A stretch of 64,000 bases of DNA from Octopus vulgaris. Taxonomy: Eukaryota. The DNA is taken from the NCBI GenBank assembly GCA_951406725.2, contig OX597820.1, positions 80,476,001-80,540,000 of the forward strand, read 5' to 3'. The notes below the pieces were generated by a model. It ran no database searches and had not been told where the DNA came from. It saw nothing but the letters and a program-made list of their open reading frames with translations. Both the position numbers and the translations under genes were made by a program. Shown here piece by piece: positions 40,017 to 54,468 of the stretch; the first letter of the stretch is position 1; each line of letters starts with the position of its first letter.

Positions 40017-40990
40017 AAAATAAGTACCAGTTGTGTATTGGTGTCGAATGTGATCGATTTAACCCCTTCCACTAAATTGCTGGCCTTGTACCAAAAGTTG
40101 AAACCGATAGTTGAACTCCATATTGAAATCTCACAAAGCACTCGTTAATTACAGTGTTTCCGCTGCTTACAACCAAATAACCCATATTTTCTGTTAAGGT
40201 CGATTGGTACACTCGAGAGTTAAGTTATGAGTAGACAAGTCATAAATTACACGTTTTACTTAAATATTTCCTAATGCATTTTTCTCGCTCGCCAACATTT
40301 ATATCTTAAATAATTCTTCTATTTTCATACAATTCAAAACATAGAACCATGCAATTTGTTGCGATAATAACAAATTATTTCTTGTCTTCAAAAAAATCTC
40401 TCTACTACATTTGAAATTACAATCATTATTGGAATTTTTGACTGCAGACAACCTTATAGATCAATAAATTCGTACAAAAAATTTTCCAAATATTTAAATA
40501 GTAAAAGAAAAAAAAAAGATAAAAATGCCATGCTTGTTATTCCAACTTGTTTGTTATTTTATATTCTGGTGTTAACACATACCAGAGATCATCTTTACAA
40601 AATTGTCTATTATAAAATTTATAAATAATTCTACTTGTAAGAATAAACATTTCGAATTCAAATAATAAATGCTTTGAAATTTTTACAATAAACGTTTCCG
40701 ATTGTAAGCGTAATGTTTTTCTAGTCTTAAATCATTTTTAATGGTATCAATAATAAGTAAGACGTACGGTTCATTTATGACATTGTAGAGAAAAAACAAG
40801 TAACAATCAGATGGTGTTTGAATCTTCCGACATAAAATCGGAATTGCAAACTAATGATTTTTTTTCTTCCCTCATCTCACCCAGACCTATTTCCCCCTAT
40901 GTTTGTAATTCGTTGCTTTGAATATTTCTACCATAATCTAGTATTTGCAGATGGTTTTTCGTCATGACAAATGAAGTGTAAGTAAAGGAG

Positions 40991-41026
40991 TCTATTTTAT
41001 GTACAAAAACACATCTGCATATATGT

Positions 41027-41094
<68 letters not shown>

Positions 41095-41127
41095 ACATAT
41101 ATGCAGATGTGTTTTTGTACATAAAAT

Positions 41128-41130
<3 letters not shown>
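40991..41130. repeat. Perfect 140 bp palindrome with (AT)30 centre
   Basis: 40 bp unique arms tctattttatgtacaaaaacacatctgcatatatgtcggc / gccgacatatatgcagatgtgtttttgtacataaaataga. Confidence 0.95.
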
Positions 41131-41189
<59 letters not shown>

Positions 41190-41310
41190 TATGTATATGG
41201 ATATAAGTGTGTGTATATGTATATATATATACACACACACATATATATGTATGTATATATACACACAGAGCGTATAGGTGTATATACATGGTTATAGGTG
41301 TGTATAAATA

Positions 41311-41352
<42 letters not shown>

Positions 41353-41871
41353 GGGTATAGGTATATATATATGTATATATATTTATATACATATATGGGT
41401 ATAAGTGTGTATATATATATGTATATATATGCCTGTATGTATGTATTCTTTTACTTATTTCATTCATTTGACGCGGCCATGCTGGAGCATTACTTTTTAA
41501 AAAAACATTTTATTTAATTTCATTTAATTATATATATATACATGCACACACGCACACGTCAAGGTCACCAGCCCCCTTCCACACGCTCTCATATACACAC
41601 GCACGCGCACCTTCGTTTTGGGATTACCACTACTTTATTATCTCCCTGTCTTCCTAGGTCTTGTGTGTGACCCCTCTGTCCAGCACTCGCCATGATAAAT
41701 CACTAGCCACTAAACCTTTTCTATTCACTCTCCCAGTTTATTTCTCTGTTCCTTTTTGTCGAAGAGCATAAGCTCGCAACGTGAAAGACTTTCTCACTTC
41801 CCGAGCGTTAAACTAATACATCTATTTGTTGTTTACACACCCGTCTTCGCCTTTTGTTTTTTCATAAATTC

Positions 41872-41919
<48 letters not shown>

Positions 41920-42331
41920 AGCATGGCTGTATGGTTAAGAGGGTCGCTTTGCAAGCACAAAGTTTCACGTTCAGACCTACTGTATGCCACTTTGGGCAAG
42001 TGTCTCCCATTATAACCTTGAGCCGGCCAATTCCTTTTGAGTGAGTTTGGTATACGGAAACTGAGTGAAAACCTGTCGTATTTGTGTGTGTCCGCGTGTA
42101 TATGTATATGCGTGCATGTGTGTATTTGTGTTTGTGTACGTCAATCCGCCGCTTGGCAACAGGTTTTGGTTTGTTTATGTCCCCACAACCGAGCGGCATC
42201 GGTAAAAGAGGCTGACACAACACATACCTGACTTGATCAAACACTTCGAGGTGATGCCCCTGCATGATCGCAACCTAAAACAACGACTGAAACAAGTAAA
42301 AGACAATAAAGTTACGCGTACACACACACGT

Positions 42332-42364
<33 letters not shown>

Positions 42365-42715
42365 CACACATATACAAACATATGTAGGTATACATATGTT
42401 TCTACTGGATACGCCGAAGTTATTTTCTATTGTCTTCTTGATTTAGCATTGAAGCATATTTATGCTTCCATGTATCAATGTATGATATCTATCAATAGCA
42501 ATTGAATGAAAGAGCACACAGGTTTAATTTCCGTGTTCAACAATTCCAGAATATAAACTATCAGACTCCAAGTCTTATAGTTTAGAAGTAAACGATAAAC
42601 TGCTAGGACTTTCCGGAAATCGGCTGGTGTCTGTCTGAGTTGGCAAGACTTATACTATTTAATAAAATCGATAAAAAGAATACTGTGAACTTGCAATTGG
42701 GAGAATGGAAAATGC

Positions 42716-42742
42716 AACGTTTCGGACGAAGTCCTTCTTCAG
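42716..42742 (-). ncRNA. Minimal hammerhead core without evident stem I
   Basis: Revcomp CTGAAGA a ggac ttc gtcc GAAAC GTT. Confidence 0.5.
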
Positions 42743-44541
42743 GAAAATGTCAACAGGAGAGAAATTAGAAACAGCAGAGTATTATATTCTCTGAAAGGAT
42801 ATAAAATTCTGTTGAGGTTTCGGGTTCAATCTGACTGCATGACACCTTGGGCTAGTGTTTTCTGCTATAGCTCCATACCGACCGGTACATTGTGAATGAG
42901 TTTGACCAGTCGTGTGAGTGTATGTGTGTGTAACTATGTGCGTCTTTGCTTGAGTCTATCTCACCCACCGCTTAATAACCAGCGTTGGGTTCTTTACGTT
43001 TCTGTAACTTAGCGCTTCGGCAAACGACACCGATAGAATAAATACCAGAGATGAAAACTTGAGTACCGAGGTCGATCTGTTCAACTAAAATCCTTGACGA
43101 TGGTGCCCCAGCATGACCGCAGTCCAATGACCGAAACAAGTAAAAGACAAGCGATGAAAGGTAAAAGATACCAAAGTCTAAAATTTCTCAATGGATTTCT
43201 ATCCATGCAAACATTTAGAAGAAACTCCCGCCATAGTTTCCTTCATAACTTTTAGATGCCCTGACGATGACGACGACGACGGAGAGGAGGAGGAAGGGGA
43301 GGGGAGAAAGGGGAGGAGGAGGAGCATGCGATCTAAAACCTTTAAATATATGGTAGAACATGTCTGCCAAATACAAGAAATGTTTTTGAGAAAGCGCTAC
43401 GAAAGTATTTTTTTCTATAGAAGCCAGTTGGAATTTTAATCAATGTCTTCAAGTGAAATCTAAGATGATTTATACAATGGAACTACACCAAAACAGGAAT
43501 TTACATAAATATCTCGGCTTAGTTTGTTGGCCTCCAGTTACTGTGGTATTATTGCCAACTGTTTTACAGTCATCTATCGAAGCAAAAGAACGTTTAAAGA
43601 ACAAAATATAATGGTAAATAGTTTTCATCCTGGCGATTATAATAATTAAAAGAGGCACTACAAAAGAAGCTTTTGGAAATCTTCTCAATGAAAGAGTTGA
43701 AATAAAATAAAATGGAATTAATTTGATGAGATAATAAGCCAATTTTAAAAATATTTCAACGAAAGCTGAATGAAATAATTGGTTACAATCAAAATCCAAT
43801 ATGTAGATTCATAAAATATAATAAAGAATAAATACGAATTCTTCGATTGTTTGCGGTGCATAATATCATTTACAGAAATTGCTTACTCTTCAAATTGTTG
43901 CCAACAAAACACATGAACGAGGCTCTTCATAAATTGTAACGGGTTTTTTTTTTTGCATTAAAAATTAATCTATAAATGTTATTTTATTTTTTATCTATTT
44001 ATCTATCTTTGCGTATATAATTAAAATTGAGAAAATATAGAGTAGAAAGAATGTTGATCACTTGCTGAAAATTGTATTGTTTGAAATAATAGCACGAGAA
44101 TCAAAACAACGCAGTCGAGAGGTGGGGGGGGACGAGTTAAACGAGAATAAACAACTGCACTTACGTTTGCATTCATATGCCTTTAGGGGACATTTCAATC
44201 CCCTGGGATGTGCAAGGAACAATGAATGATGTATGAGTTTCAAACTGATAACGTAATTAGTACTGCAGCCTGATGCACTTGATTCATTAATGATAAGATT
44301 AACTAAAGCATTTTGAGGAACTGATAGAATCGAAAGATTTTTTGACACGGCAGTGTGGTTAAGATGCAGGAATGACTGGGTGGTTAAGAAGCTCGCGTTG
44401 CTACCTTGTGGTTTTGTTTTCAGCCCCACTATGTGGCACCTTAAGCAAGCATCTTCTATTATAGCCCCGGGCCGACAAATACATTGGCTGTGAATTCGGT
44501 AGACGAATGTTATGTGAAGCTCGACGTGGGCAAATGTATGT

Positions 44542-45472
44542 CAGTGCTGGATTAACCGTAAAGCAAAATAAGCACGTGCTTAGAGCAACAAGGGAAACGG
44601 GCTCCACAGAAATGGTAAGTGTTTACGGCACAAAAGCAATCACTTTAAACTTGCTAAAATACGAGGATGAGTCAAGAAGTAGTGCCATTTTAAATAGGAC
44701 AGTTATAATTACCAACACAGGAACATGTATCATACATCAAAATGAAGCTGGTCCTCTGTGGATCACTTCCTTACTTCTCAACATAGTCACCGTTTCTCTC
44801 AATAGCAATGTTCCACCTTCCAATAAGAGCATGTATCCTTGCCCCGTAAAATTCTGTTGAGTATTCTTTGAGCCACTTCTTCACTACAGTTTTCACTTCC
44901 CTCTTTCATGGGACCGAAGAGATGATAGTCCAGTGACGAGGAAGTGAACACTGTAGTGAAGAAGTGGCTCAAAGAACAATCAGTAGAATTTTACAGGGCA
45001 GGGATATGTGCCCTCATTCGAAGGTGGAACATTGCTATTGAGAGAAACGGTGACTATGTTGAGAAGTAGGGATGTGATCCACAGAAGACCAGCTTCATTT
45101 TGATGTATGATACATGTTCCTGTGTTGGTAATTATACCTATCCTAAACAAAATGGCATTACTTTTTGACTCACCCTCGTAATATTCAAAGTGGTTTATAT
45201 GATTGGAAATATAATTACGAAGTGTTTATGGTACCATAGTGAGAATATGATCAAAGACTTTGCTATTACAAAAATAGTCAGAGAAAACTTATGAAACATA
45301 AACTTGGTTGTGTATAAAAATAAATATTATTTTCCATCTTACTGTTCTATTTCGTTTTGAAAAATATCAATTTATTTTATGGTATCATTGTTTATATTTG
45401 AATTACATATATATGGGAGCACCAACATTTTTTAAGTGCTTAGGGCCTCTCTGGGTCTTAATCCAGCCCATG
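44542..45472. mobile_element. Possible hAT-like MITE hosting a nested mariner MITE
   Basis: Ends cagtgctggattaa / ttaatccagccc, subterminal gtgcttag(a/g)gc at both ends; TSD ambiguous in a (tgta) context. Confidence 0.5.
44662..45178. mobile_element. Palindromic mariner-derived MITE (two inverted 3' ends), TA TSD
   Basis: TA-cgaggatgagtcaa ... ttgactcaccctcg-TA; both arms encode the transposase C-terminus VVKKWLKEQ..EFY...RWNIAIERNGDYVEK. Confidence 0.9.
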
Positions 45473-45483
45473 TGTATGTATGC

Positions 45484-45525
<42 letters not shown>

Positions 45526-45531
<6 letters not shown>

Positions 45532-45713
45532 CTGTAAATGTAATATGTGACAATTATTGGGTAGCCATGATAAAACTCCGAGTTTCGGATGCCGAGGAGT
45601 TTTATCATGGCTACCGAATAATTGTCACATATTACATTTACAGATAAATTCCTCTATTTACATAATATCGAGGTCTCTTTATTTCTTTTGTTGTCTTACT
45701 ATTTTTATCAATA
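45526..45713. mobile_element. Fold-back mini-element in (TA)n with a hammerhead 3' half at the centre
   Basis: Arms 45526-45579/45596-45649; minus strand across the loop reads ...tcc GAA actc g gagt T. Confidence 0.7.
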
Positions 45714-45762
45714 ATATATATATATATAAATACACACATACATATACATATATGAATTTATG

Positions 45763-45823
<61 letters not shown>

Positions 45824-46006
45824 TGTTGTATTTCGGGATGGTCGATTTTCCTTTTAATGCCAAATAAACACACGCACTATGTATTCATTCTTCACTCGTG
45901 TATTACTGTTCTTATACTAACTTGTGTCCATTGTCCGGAAATCTTTCGTCACACATCTGCTACCTCCTCCGAGACATTTTCCGTCTTCGTGTGTGCTCTT
46001 ACTCTG

Positions 46007-46045
<39 letters not shown>

Positions 46046-46077
46046 GTCTATAATATATATGTATGTATACACACACA

Positions 46078-46132
<55 letters not shown>

Positions 46133-46259
46133 ATACATACATACATACATACATACATACATACATACATACATACACACATACACCACAAAATCACATT
46201 TTCTAATTCTTGACAAAGGAGAAATTCTCCCAACGCAATTGAGAGGTATTAGATTGGCA

Positions 46260-46494
<235 letters not shown>

Positions 46495-46496
<2 letters not shown>

Positions 46497-47043
46497 GCCC
46501 TGATGCAATACCATGCAGTCATGGCTTCTGATCTTAACCGATCGGAAGTGTCATCATGTACATTGCTTTGTCTTGGTATAAAAGATGGGCTACAACAAAT
46601 ATTCTAGTCAATATCAGAGATTTACTTGTCAGTTGTTTGATCTTAACCAATTGAGTATTCCCTTGATGGCTGACGATATGTGCATCTCTGATCACGAGCA
46701 GAAGTAGTGGGGGAACATCACAGTCATGTGTCGAGAGGAATCTTTTGGTGTTTGGATAATTTACCTTTGGAAACACGGCTGTTTCGTTCAACATTCTAAA
46801 ACAACCCCTATTCAAGGACCTTTTGAGCGAGATGGGCTACTCGACCCGAAGAAAATTCTAACTGGGCCCCCACCTGAAAGGTCATGTGCTGCTTATCTTG
46901 ATATGATATCACCATGTCGCGCACATATGGTTGTAATGCATTGCCTGGTGTACCCTTATCACACGGGTAGTCATGATGGGTATACTGGGCTTCGTATATT
47001 TTACTCCAGTGTCACTTTGATGGCATGCACTGCTCTCTCAGTC
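46495..47043 (+). mobile_element. Repeat family D, full copy between (TAA)n arrays
   Basis: atgccctgatgcaatacc ... gatggcatgcactgctctctcagtc-aataatgataataat; reverse complement of 6491-7045. Confidence 0.85.
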
Positions 47044-47519
47044 AATAATGATAATAATAATAATTGTCTCTAACATAAGCACAAGGTCTGAAAATAGTGG
47101 TGGAAGAGTTAGTTGATTAAATTCATTCCAGCACTTGACTAGCACTTAGCGTTCTGGAGCCACCATCCAAAACTAATATTAATAGAATATACCGGACCTG
47201 CATACAAAGAAGGCAGAATCCGATATAAATATTAAATCACTATAAAGTAACAACAGTGGGACCCGAAAATATTTAAAAGCAAACTACGAGGAAGTTATTA
47301 ATATTATAAAGTTAACATAAAGAAAACAGAACACTTCTTATTTTTATATTGAGGAAGCAATCAAGTACAGACTGAAAATTATATTGAGAAAAAAATTACA
47401 TTAGAACAAAACAAGAATAGTTACTTAAAGAAAACAGGATTCCAAAACAGACAAAAGAAAATGAGAGAAAACCCACTCCAAGGCCAACACCCACCTTGAC
47501 TTGTAGAAAACAAATATAC

Positions 47520-47785
47520 CAGAGTGAAAGCAAACAATAACTTAAAAGTACTGGACTAAAAGTGGAAACAGATGGTTTTATTTTAGCTGTGCAAGTCCAA
47601 TTCTGACCACAAATAATTATGGAAATAAAATACAGTAAGTGCAAACTAAGCAATCAGTACAACGAGAAGATTAACCACATCATTTCAGGTTGCTCGATCC
47701 TTGATAAGTCCGTATGTATTTACAGATACGATCGAGTTGGCTGCTATGTCCACTGCGCTGTATGTCAGCACTTCAACGGAAAATG
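47520..47785 (+). mobile_element. Old R4/Dong fragment
   Basis: LKSTGLKVETDGFILAVQ...KCKL...EKINHIISGCSIL...YRYDRVGCYVH. Confidence 0.7.
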
Positions 47786-48529
47786 GAGAAGTGTCTCACC
47801 ACCCTCCAAAGCAACACATGTCAACAGTCATCAGATGTCCAGGTGGAACTCCATTTTAACGCTTCAACGCGATGCGGATGTCCACGCTTTCGAACAGTCT
47901 TGTCCTGGTTACATGATCAACATCTGCTTTTATTTCTTTCAAGGCCCTTTCCACCAGGGTACATGACAGTAAAGTGGCCACAACCATCTGATACGTATCT
48001 GTTCAAACTGACAGCGGGATCAGGGTACAAACCGGTTAGTAATATCTATGAAAGACCTGGATTAAAATGCATGAACTCTGAGAGACATCTTGATCCTTTG
48101 TAACAAATGTATTGCTCAGAAGTAGGCGGATAAGCTGTCAAAGTTCAACGCTCTTGAAATGGAAATAAGCAAGATGTGGAGTTTGAAAGGGAAAACTACC
48201 AATAATATGTGGAGTACCTAGTGTTTTCCACTTTCTATTTTTTGCAGTCATTAAACTGCACCCAGTTCGGGGCACCGTCTCCGAAGGTTTTAATCAAACA
48301 AATCACCCCCGGTACTTATTTTAAAATCTGGTACTTACTCTATCGTCCCTTTTCCCGAACTGCTAAGTTCCAGAAACGTAAATAATCCAACACCGGTTGT
48401 CATCTGTATTAAAATACATAAACCATAACTTGTGAAAGTTACCAGGGTTCACAATGTTCCTCGCATTTCAAGCAATAACTAACGTTATATTAGTACGGGG
48501 GGACCGGGAATTCCAGAAAAACTCTATTT

Positions 48530-49500
48530 TGTAAATAAAGCTGAGAAATTCAGAGCAGAGTTACACGTTACAGAAATAGAAAACACTAGCGAAGCTGACC
48601 TAAAACCAACAAAGGTAGCCAAAATGCGTAGAATGAGAACAAAAGCAGGACTTGAAATCCTTCAAAGATAGGTGACAGTAGAAAGCTCTATGCTTCCAAT
48701 ACTCACTTCGCACTCAGGAGGTTGATGGACACCAATCACAAAACCATCAGTGACTACGAAGTTCAGGGTTGAATGCAGAAACAAGGGGTTTCATTCTTGC
48801 TGTCCAGGACCAGAATCTATACAGAAAAAAATTATCAAGCTAACGTACTCAAAAGAGGAGCAAACTCCAAGGGAAGTGTCTACAATCCCAATATCGGCAC
48901 AATTGGCCATATGGTATCTGGATGCCTAAGTCTAGCTCCAACTGAATATAAAGCCAGACATGACATTCACTGGAATTTGCACAAAAAGCCTCGGTGCTGT
49001 AGTTGCGAAAAGCTGGTGTAAACACCAACGTAAACCAGGAGTTCGCAGTATGTAGTGGTCTCTAAAAGCGGCAAGCTAGCTGAAACGTTGTTACGCCGGC
49101 CGAAATGCTTGGCAATATTTCGTCTGTCTTTACGTTCTGAGTTCAAATACTGCCGAGGTCGACTTTGCCTTTCATCCTTTCGGGGTAATAAATTTCGTAC
49201 CATTTGCCAACTAGGATCGATCGATCGAATAGACCGGCCCCCTCCCCAAAATTTCGGGTCTTGTACCTAGAGTAGAAAAGTATTTAGTGGTCTCACAGTT
49301 AATGCCAAACGCCCAGATTTTATAGTTAAAGGCTACAAACACAAGAGCTGCTTACTTATAAATATGACAGAAATGTACCTGCCAAGGGATATGATAGACT
49401 TACCAAAGGTAAAGGACTAGAAATTGCAATAAGCAGGATGTGGCAGTGTTAACTGGAGCAGCATTAGGAGTCATAAAAATAAGTTAGCGACTTCCTTGAA
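48530..49500 (+). mobile_element. Old R4/Dong fragment interrupted by a family B SINE (49063-49278)
   Basis: LRSSGLNAETRGFILAVQDQNL...HMVSGCLSLAPTEYKARHD...NAKRPDFIV; SINE flanked by 16 bp TSD agtat(g/t)tagtggtctc at 49047-49062 and 49279-49294. Confidence 0.75.
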
Positions 49501-50386
49501 AAAGACCCTAACATATACGGAATCCCCAAAATAGTACAAAACAATACAGTTTCCACTCAACATAGTTCTAGTCCTTGTAATCTATATTCTATAAACCAAG
49601 CCATTTTGTCTCTTCTCTCTGTTGTTACTTGAACCAAGAACAAAAACCAAACAGGACCAGGAGCTGTGTCGAACAATAACATAACACAAAAACGCCTGCT
49701 CTAAGTTACTGGTTGTCGTTCGGCAGGTGGTTGTTATCTAGCCGATATCAAAGCAAGAAGAAGAAGGAGGAGGAGGAGGAGGAGGAGGAGAATTAGTAAA
49801 CATAAGTCCATCCACTCCAGTCTATATATTAACGCAGGGGGTCATTCATTTAATAAAATGTTCGTCAGATAAACTAATTTTGCAGTACAAAACGAGAATG
49901 CTTTGCCAGAGATTTTACAGCATTAGTTTCTCTTTTAAACCATTTCCCTTGTTTCCTTTCTTATTTCTTTATTGCCCACAAGGGGCTAAACACAGAGGAG
50001 ACAAACAAGGACAGACATACAGATTAAGTCGATTACATCGACCCCAGTGCGCAACTGGTATTTAATTTATCGACCCCGAAAGGATGAAAGGCAAAGTCAA
50101 CCTCGGCGGAAATTGAACTCAGAACGTAGCGGCAGAAGAAATACCGCTAAGCATTTCGCCTGACGTGCTAACAATTCTGCCAGTTCACCGCCTTGTTTCC
50201 TTCCTATTAATCTTGTGTCCTTTCTATTTCCTTTCTATTAATCACCTTGTCTTGAAGCATTTTGTTAAAATCCTAAGAAAATAGTTTCGGTAAGTTGGTT
50301 CCAGATCTGCTGAGATTTTGGTGATAACGTTTATTCCAGAAAAGCCTTGCAGCTGTTTAAATTACACTTTTCATTCTTCTCTGATG

Positions 50387-50425
<39 letters not shown>

Positions 50426-50530
50426 TGTTTCTCTCCGTCTCTCTCCATATGTGTATGTGCTTTGTGTGTACACACATACACACACACATATATATTTATG
50501 TATATATATATGTGTGTGTGTATACATATA

Positions 50531-50598
<68 letters not shown>

Positions 50599-50907
50599 TA
50601 TATGCATATACATATATATATGTGTGAATATACATATATATATATGTATATGTATGTGTGTATAAGTGTATATATATATATATATACACGTGTGTGTGTG
50701 TGTGTGTGTGTGTGTACAGAGACTGACTCTCAGAGACAGACTCTCAGACAGGGACAGACAGATAGATTAGAATGAAAGAGAGTGAAGAGAGAGGACTCCT
50801 AAGGCTAAATGATCAAATAGCTCCGTTTCACGTATCCTTGCAAGGTGACCTTCACTTCACGAGGTAATACCTAAAAATATCAACGACTTGCATTGCCATC
50901 TTCTAAA

Positions 50908-51588
50908 CGTTTAGGACCGGTATAATTACTAACACAGGAACATGTATCATACATCAAAATGAAGCTGGTCCTCTGTGGATCACATTCTTACTTCTCAACA
51001 TAGTCACCGTTTCTCTCAATAGCAATGTTCCACCTTCGAATGAGGGCATGTATCCTTGCCCCGTAAAATTCTGTTGACTGTTCTTTGAGCCACTTCTTCA
51101 CTACAGTTTTCAATTCCTCGTCACTGGAATAATGTTTACCTCTCAAGCCCTCTTTCATGGAGCCGAAGAGATGATAGTCTGAAGGCACTAAATCTGGTGA
51201 GTGTGGAGGTAGCGAAGAAGTGGCTCAAAGAACAGTCAACAGAATTTTACGGGGCAGGGATACATGCTCTCATTTGAAGGTGGAACATTGCTATTGAGAG
51301 AAACGGTGACTATGTTGAGAAGGAAGGATGTGATCCACAGGGGGCCAGCTTCATTTTGATGTATGATACATCTTCCTGTGTTAGTAATTATACCGGTCCT
51401 AAACGGGGCAAGGATACCTGCTCTCATTCGAAGGTGGAAAATTGCTATTGAGAGAAACGGTGACTATTTTGAGAAGTAGGGATGTGATCCACAGAGGACC
51501 AGCTTCATTTTGATGTATGATACATGTTCCTTTGTTGGCTATTATACCTGTCCTATTTAAAATGGCATTACTTTTTGACTCAGCCTCG
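50908..51588. mobile_element. Rearranged mariner remnant: one inverted and two direct copies of the 3' end
   Basis: ORF 50988-51188(-) PSDYHLFGSMKEGLRGKHYSSDEE...RNGDYVEK preceded by HSPDLV (mariner YSPDLAPSD motif); right TIR ttgactcagcctcg-TA; same family as 44662-45178. Confidence 0.88.
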
Positions 51589-52060
51589 TACAATATCCAA
51601 CAAGCAGATAATTCAGTTCCACTACTTTCACAGATTGAATCAATGCTTAAATTCCTACTCAACAATAGCAGAAATTATTGATGTTAAAAATGCCAAACAA
51701 TTTTTTACCACTGTTTACTAAACAGAATTAAATGTGTTTTCGTTTCGTCTTGATTTCTCGAAATCTAGCTTTTTTTCTCTATGTATGTCAGTCAAGCAAC
51801 ATTCTGTAGAAAATTGAAGCCGAATAAACCCCGCTCTTACCCAACACACACCGCACAAAAAGAAAGTAAATGAAAATGCTGTTGAAATACGTTCCCATAG
51901 TTACATACTAACACAGTTTTTCAGACTTTACTTGTTATGATAGTTAATAATGGTATAAAATAAAATAACATCCATATAACATGCCTACATGCATTCATTT
52001 CATATGTGTGTGTGTGTGCGTGTGTGTGTGTATGTGTGTATGTGTGTGTGTGTGCATGTG

Positions 52061-52103
<43 letters not shown>

Positions 52104-52109
<6 letters not shown>

Positions 52110-52480
52110 CAATAGCCCAGTGGTTAGGGTAGCGAACTTGCAGTCGTAGGATCGCGGTTTCCATTCCCAGACCGGCGTTGTGAGTGTTTATCGAGCGAAA
52201 ACACCTAAAGCTCGACGAGGCTCCGGCAGAGGGTGGTGGCGAACCCTGCCGTACTCTTTCACCACAACTTTCTCTCATTCTTTCTTCCTGTTTCTGCTGT
52301 ACCTGTATTTCAAAGGGCCAGCCTTGTCACACTCTGTGTGACGCTGAATCTCCCCGAGAACTACGTTAAGGGTACACGTGTCTGTGGAGTGCTCAGCCAC
52401 TTGCACGTTAATTTCAGGAGCAGGCTGTTCTCTTGATCGGATCAGCTGGAACGCTCATCGTCGTAACCGACGGAGTGCCA
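52104..52480 (+). mobile_element. tRNA-derived SINE, head 1 + tail X
   Basis: gaggtgcaatagcccagtggttaggg...cgtaaccgacggagtgcca. Confidence 0.9.
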
Positions 52481-52483
52481 CGC

Positions 52484-52535
<52 letters not shown>

Positions 52536-52547
52536 TACACATATATA

Positions 52548-52865
52548 TTTCGTTTTTGGATTTGGTTTGCATGATTTTTATGTGAGTTCGTGTGTTGAAG
52601 CATATTCTGTTGTGTCTGAGGAAAGTCATTTTCTTTTTAGTGTCTTATAATTGAACACACTCACCGGTAAAATTTCCACTTATTTTCATTTTCTTAAAAT
52701 TTTCGTTGCGTCTTGCAGCCTTAATGGACAGAGTCAAGACAACTGCAAAGGTTGCAAGACGCAACGAAAATTTTAGGAAAATAAAAATAAGAAATAAGTG
52801 GAAATTTTACCGGTATGTTAAATTATAAGGTATTAAAAGAAAATTACTCTCCCCAGACACAACAG
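52548..52865. mobile_element. Fold-back element in (TA)n with a degenerate hammerhead at the centre
   Basis: Arms 52607-52722/52748-52865; ctgcaaa g gttgc aagac gcaac GAA aattt TA; single-arm copies at 2930-3055 and part of 55160-55290. Confidence 0.7.
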
Positions 52866-54060
52866 TATATATATATAAATTACTCTCCCCAGACACAACA
52901 GTATATATATATATATATATATATACATATGTGTGTATGTGTGTGTATGCATGTGTATGTGTGTATTTAATTTTATTTAGTTTCCATATTTTCTTGGAAG
53001 GAACGTCTAGTAATTACTTTCTCTTCTAATGTTTTATTTTTTAATTGTTTCATTCCCTGCGTCCATGCTGGAGCACTGACTTGATGGGTCTGCTTGAATA
53101 AATCGAGCCCACTATTTCATTTTAAGTCTGATGATTAATTTTATCGATTTCGTTTGTCTGATCGTTAAGTTACGCGGACGCAAACAAACCAATACAGGCT
53201 GTCAAACAGTTCCAGGGGCGACTAAGACAAAGACAAATACAATCACACACAGATACACACGTGTGTGTGTTTGTGTTTGTGTGTATGTATGTGTGTGCGT
53301 GTGTTTGTGTGTATGTGTGTGCGTTTGTGTGTGTGTGTATTTGTGTGTCTGTGTGTATGTGTGTATTTGTGTTAGTGTGTGTGTGTGTGTGTGTGTGTGG
53401 ATACGATGGGCTTCCATTTAGTTTTCGCTTAACAAATTTACTCACAAGACATCCGTCGCCCCGGGTTATAATAGAAGACACTTACCCAAGTTGCTGCCAC
53501 TGGGATTGAACCCTAAGTGTCGTTGTTGCAAAACGAGCTTCCGGAACATACAGCCACGCCTGCACCTGTACATGCGGAGAGAAGAATTTAATTTCATTTC
53601 ATTTGTCATCTTTTTAGCGAATGGTTTTTTTTTTCGAATTATGCAACAGAATCGAAACACAGAGAACGTATCTATGTTATTCTCAAATAGATATAATCTA
53701 TCGTTTCTCGATTATTGTGGGTTAATTTATGTCAACCATGTTTGATGACATGCGCGTTAGTAGTGACACGCTGCGAATTTTAAAGAAACATGTGATGAAC
53801 TTAGAAAAATAAAATTTCTTTGCAATATCATGTTATAAAAAGCTTATCTATAAATCTCTTTAGTTACAACTAAAACAGATATATGTTATATATGTATCAT
53901 TCTAGATGCAGAATTGCGACGGAAATTGTAATGGCGACAAGTCAAGCTAAAATGTTCGCCATATTTCAATCGTGATAGTATAAGTTAGCCCTTTCGGTAT
54001 TATATATACATACATACATACACACACACACACATATATATATATATGTATGTATGTATG

Positions 54061-54138
<78 letters not shown>

Positions 54139-54185
54139 TATATATATATACAAATATATATTATACAGTACGTATTAATTTGTGG

Positions 54186-54468
54186 ACGTTAGGGCAGCGG
54201 TCTAGTGGTCGGAGGATCGCAGTATCGATTCCCAGACCGGGCGTTGTATGTGTTTATTGAGCGAAAACACCTAAAAGTTCCACGAGACTCCGGCAGGTTG
54301 GGGGGGCAACCCCTGTTGTACTCTTTCGCCACACCTTTCTCTCACTCTCTCTTCTTGTTTCTTGAGTAACGCTGCGATGGACTGGCGTCCCGTCCTGCTG
54401 GGGTAAACACATACGCCACAGAAACCGGGAAACCGGGCCCATCAGCCTGGCTAGGCTTGAAAAGGGCG
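54186..54468 (+). mobile_element. tRNA-derived SINE, head 1 + tail Y
   Basis: Matches the reverse complement of 1663-1966. Confidence 0.85.
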
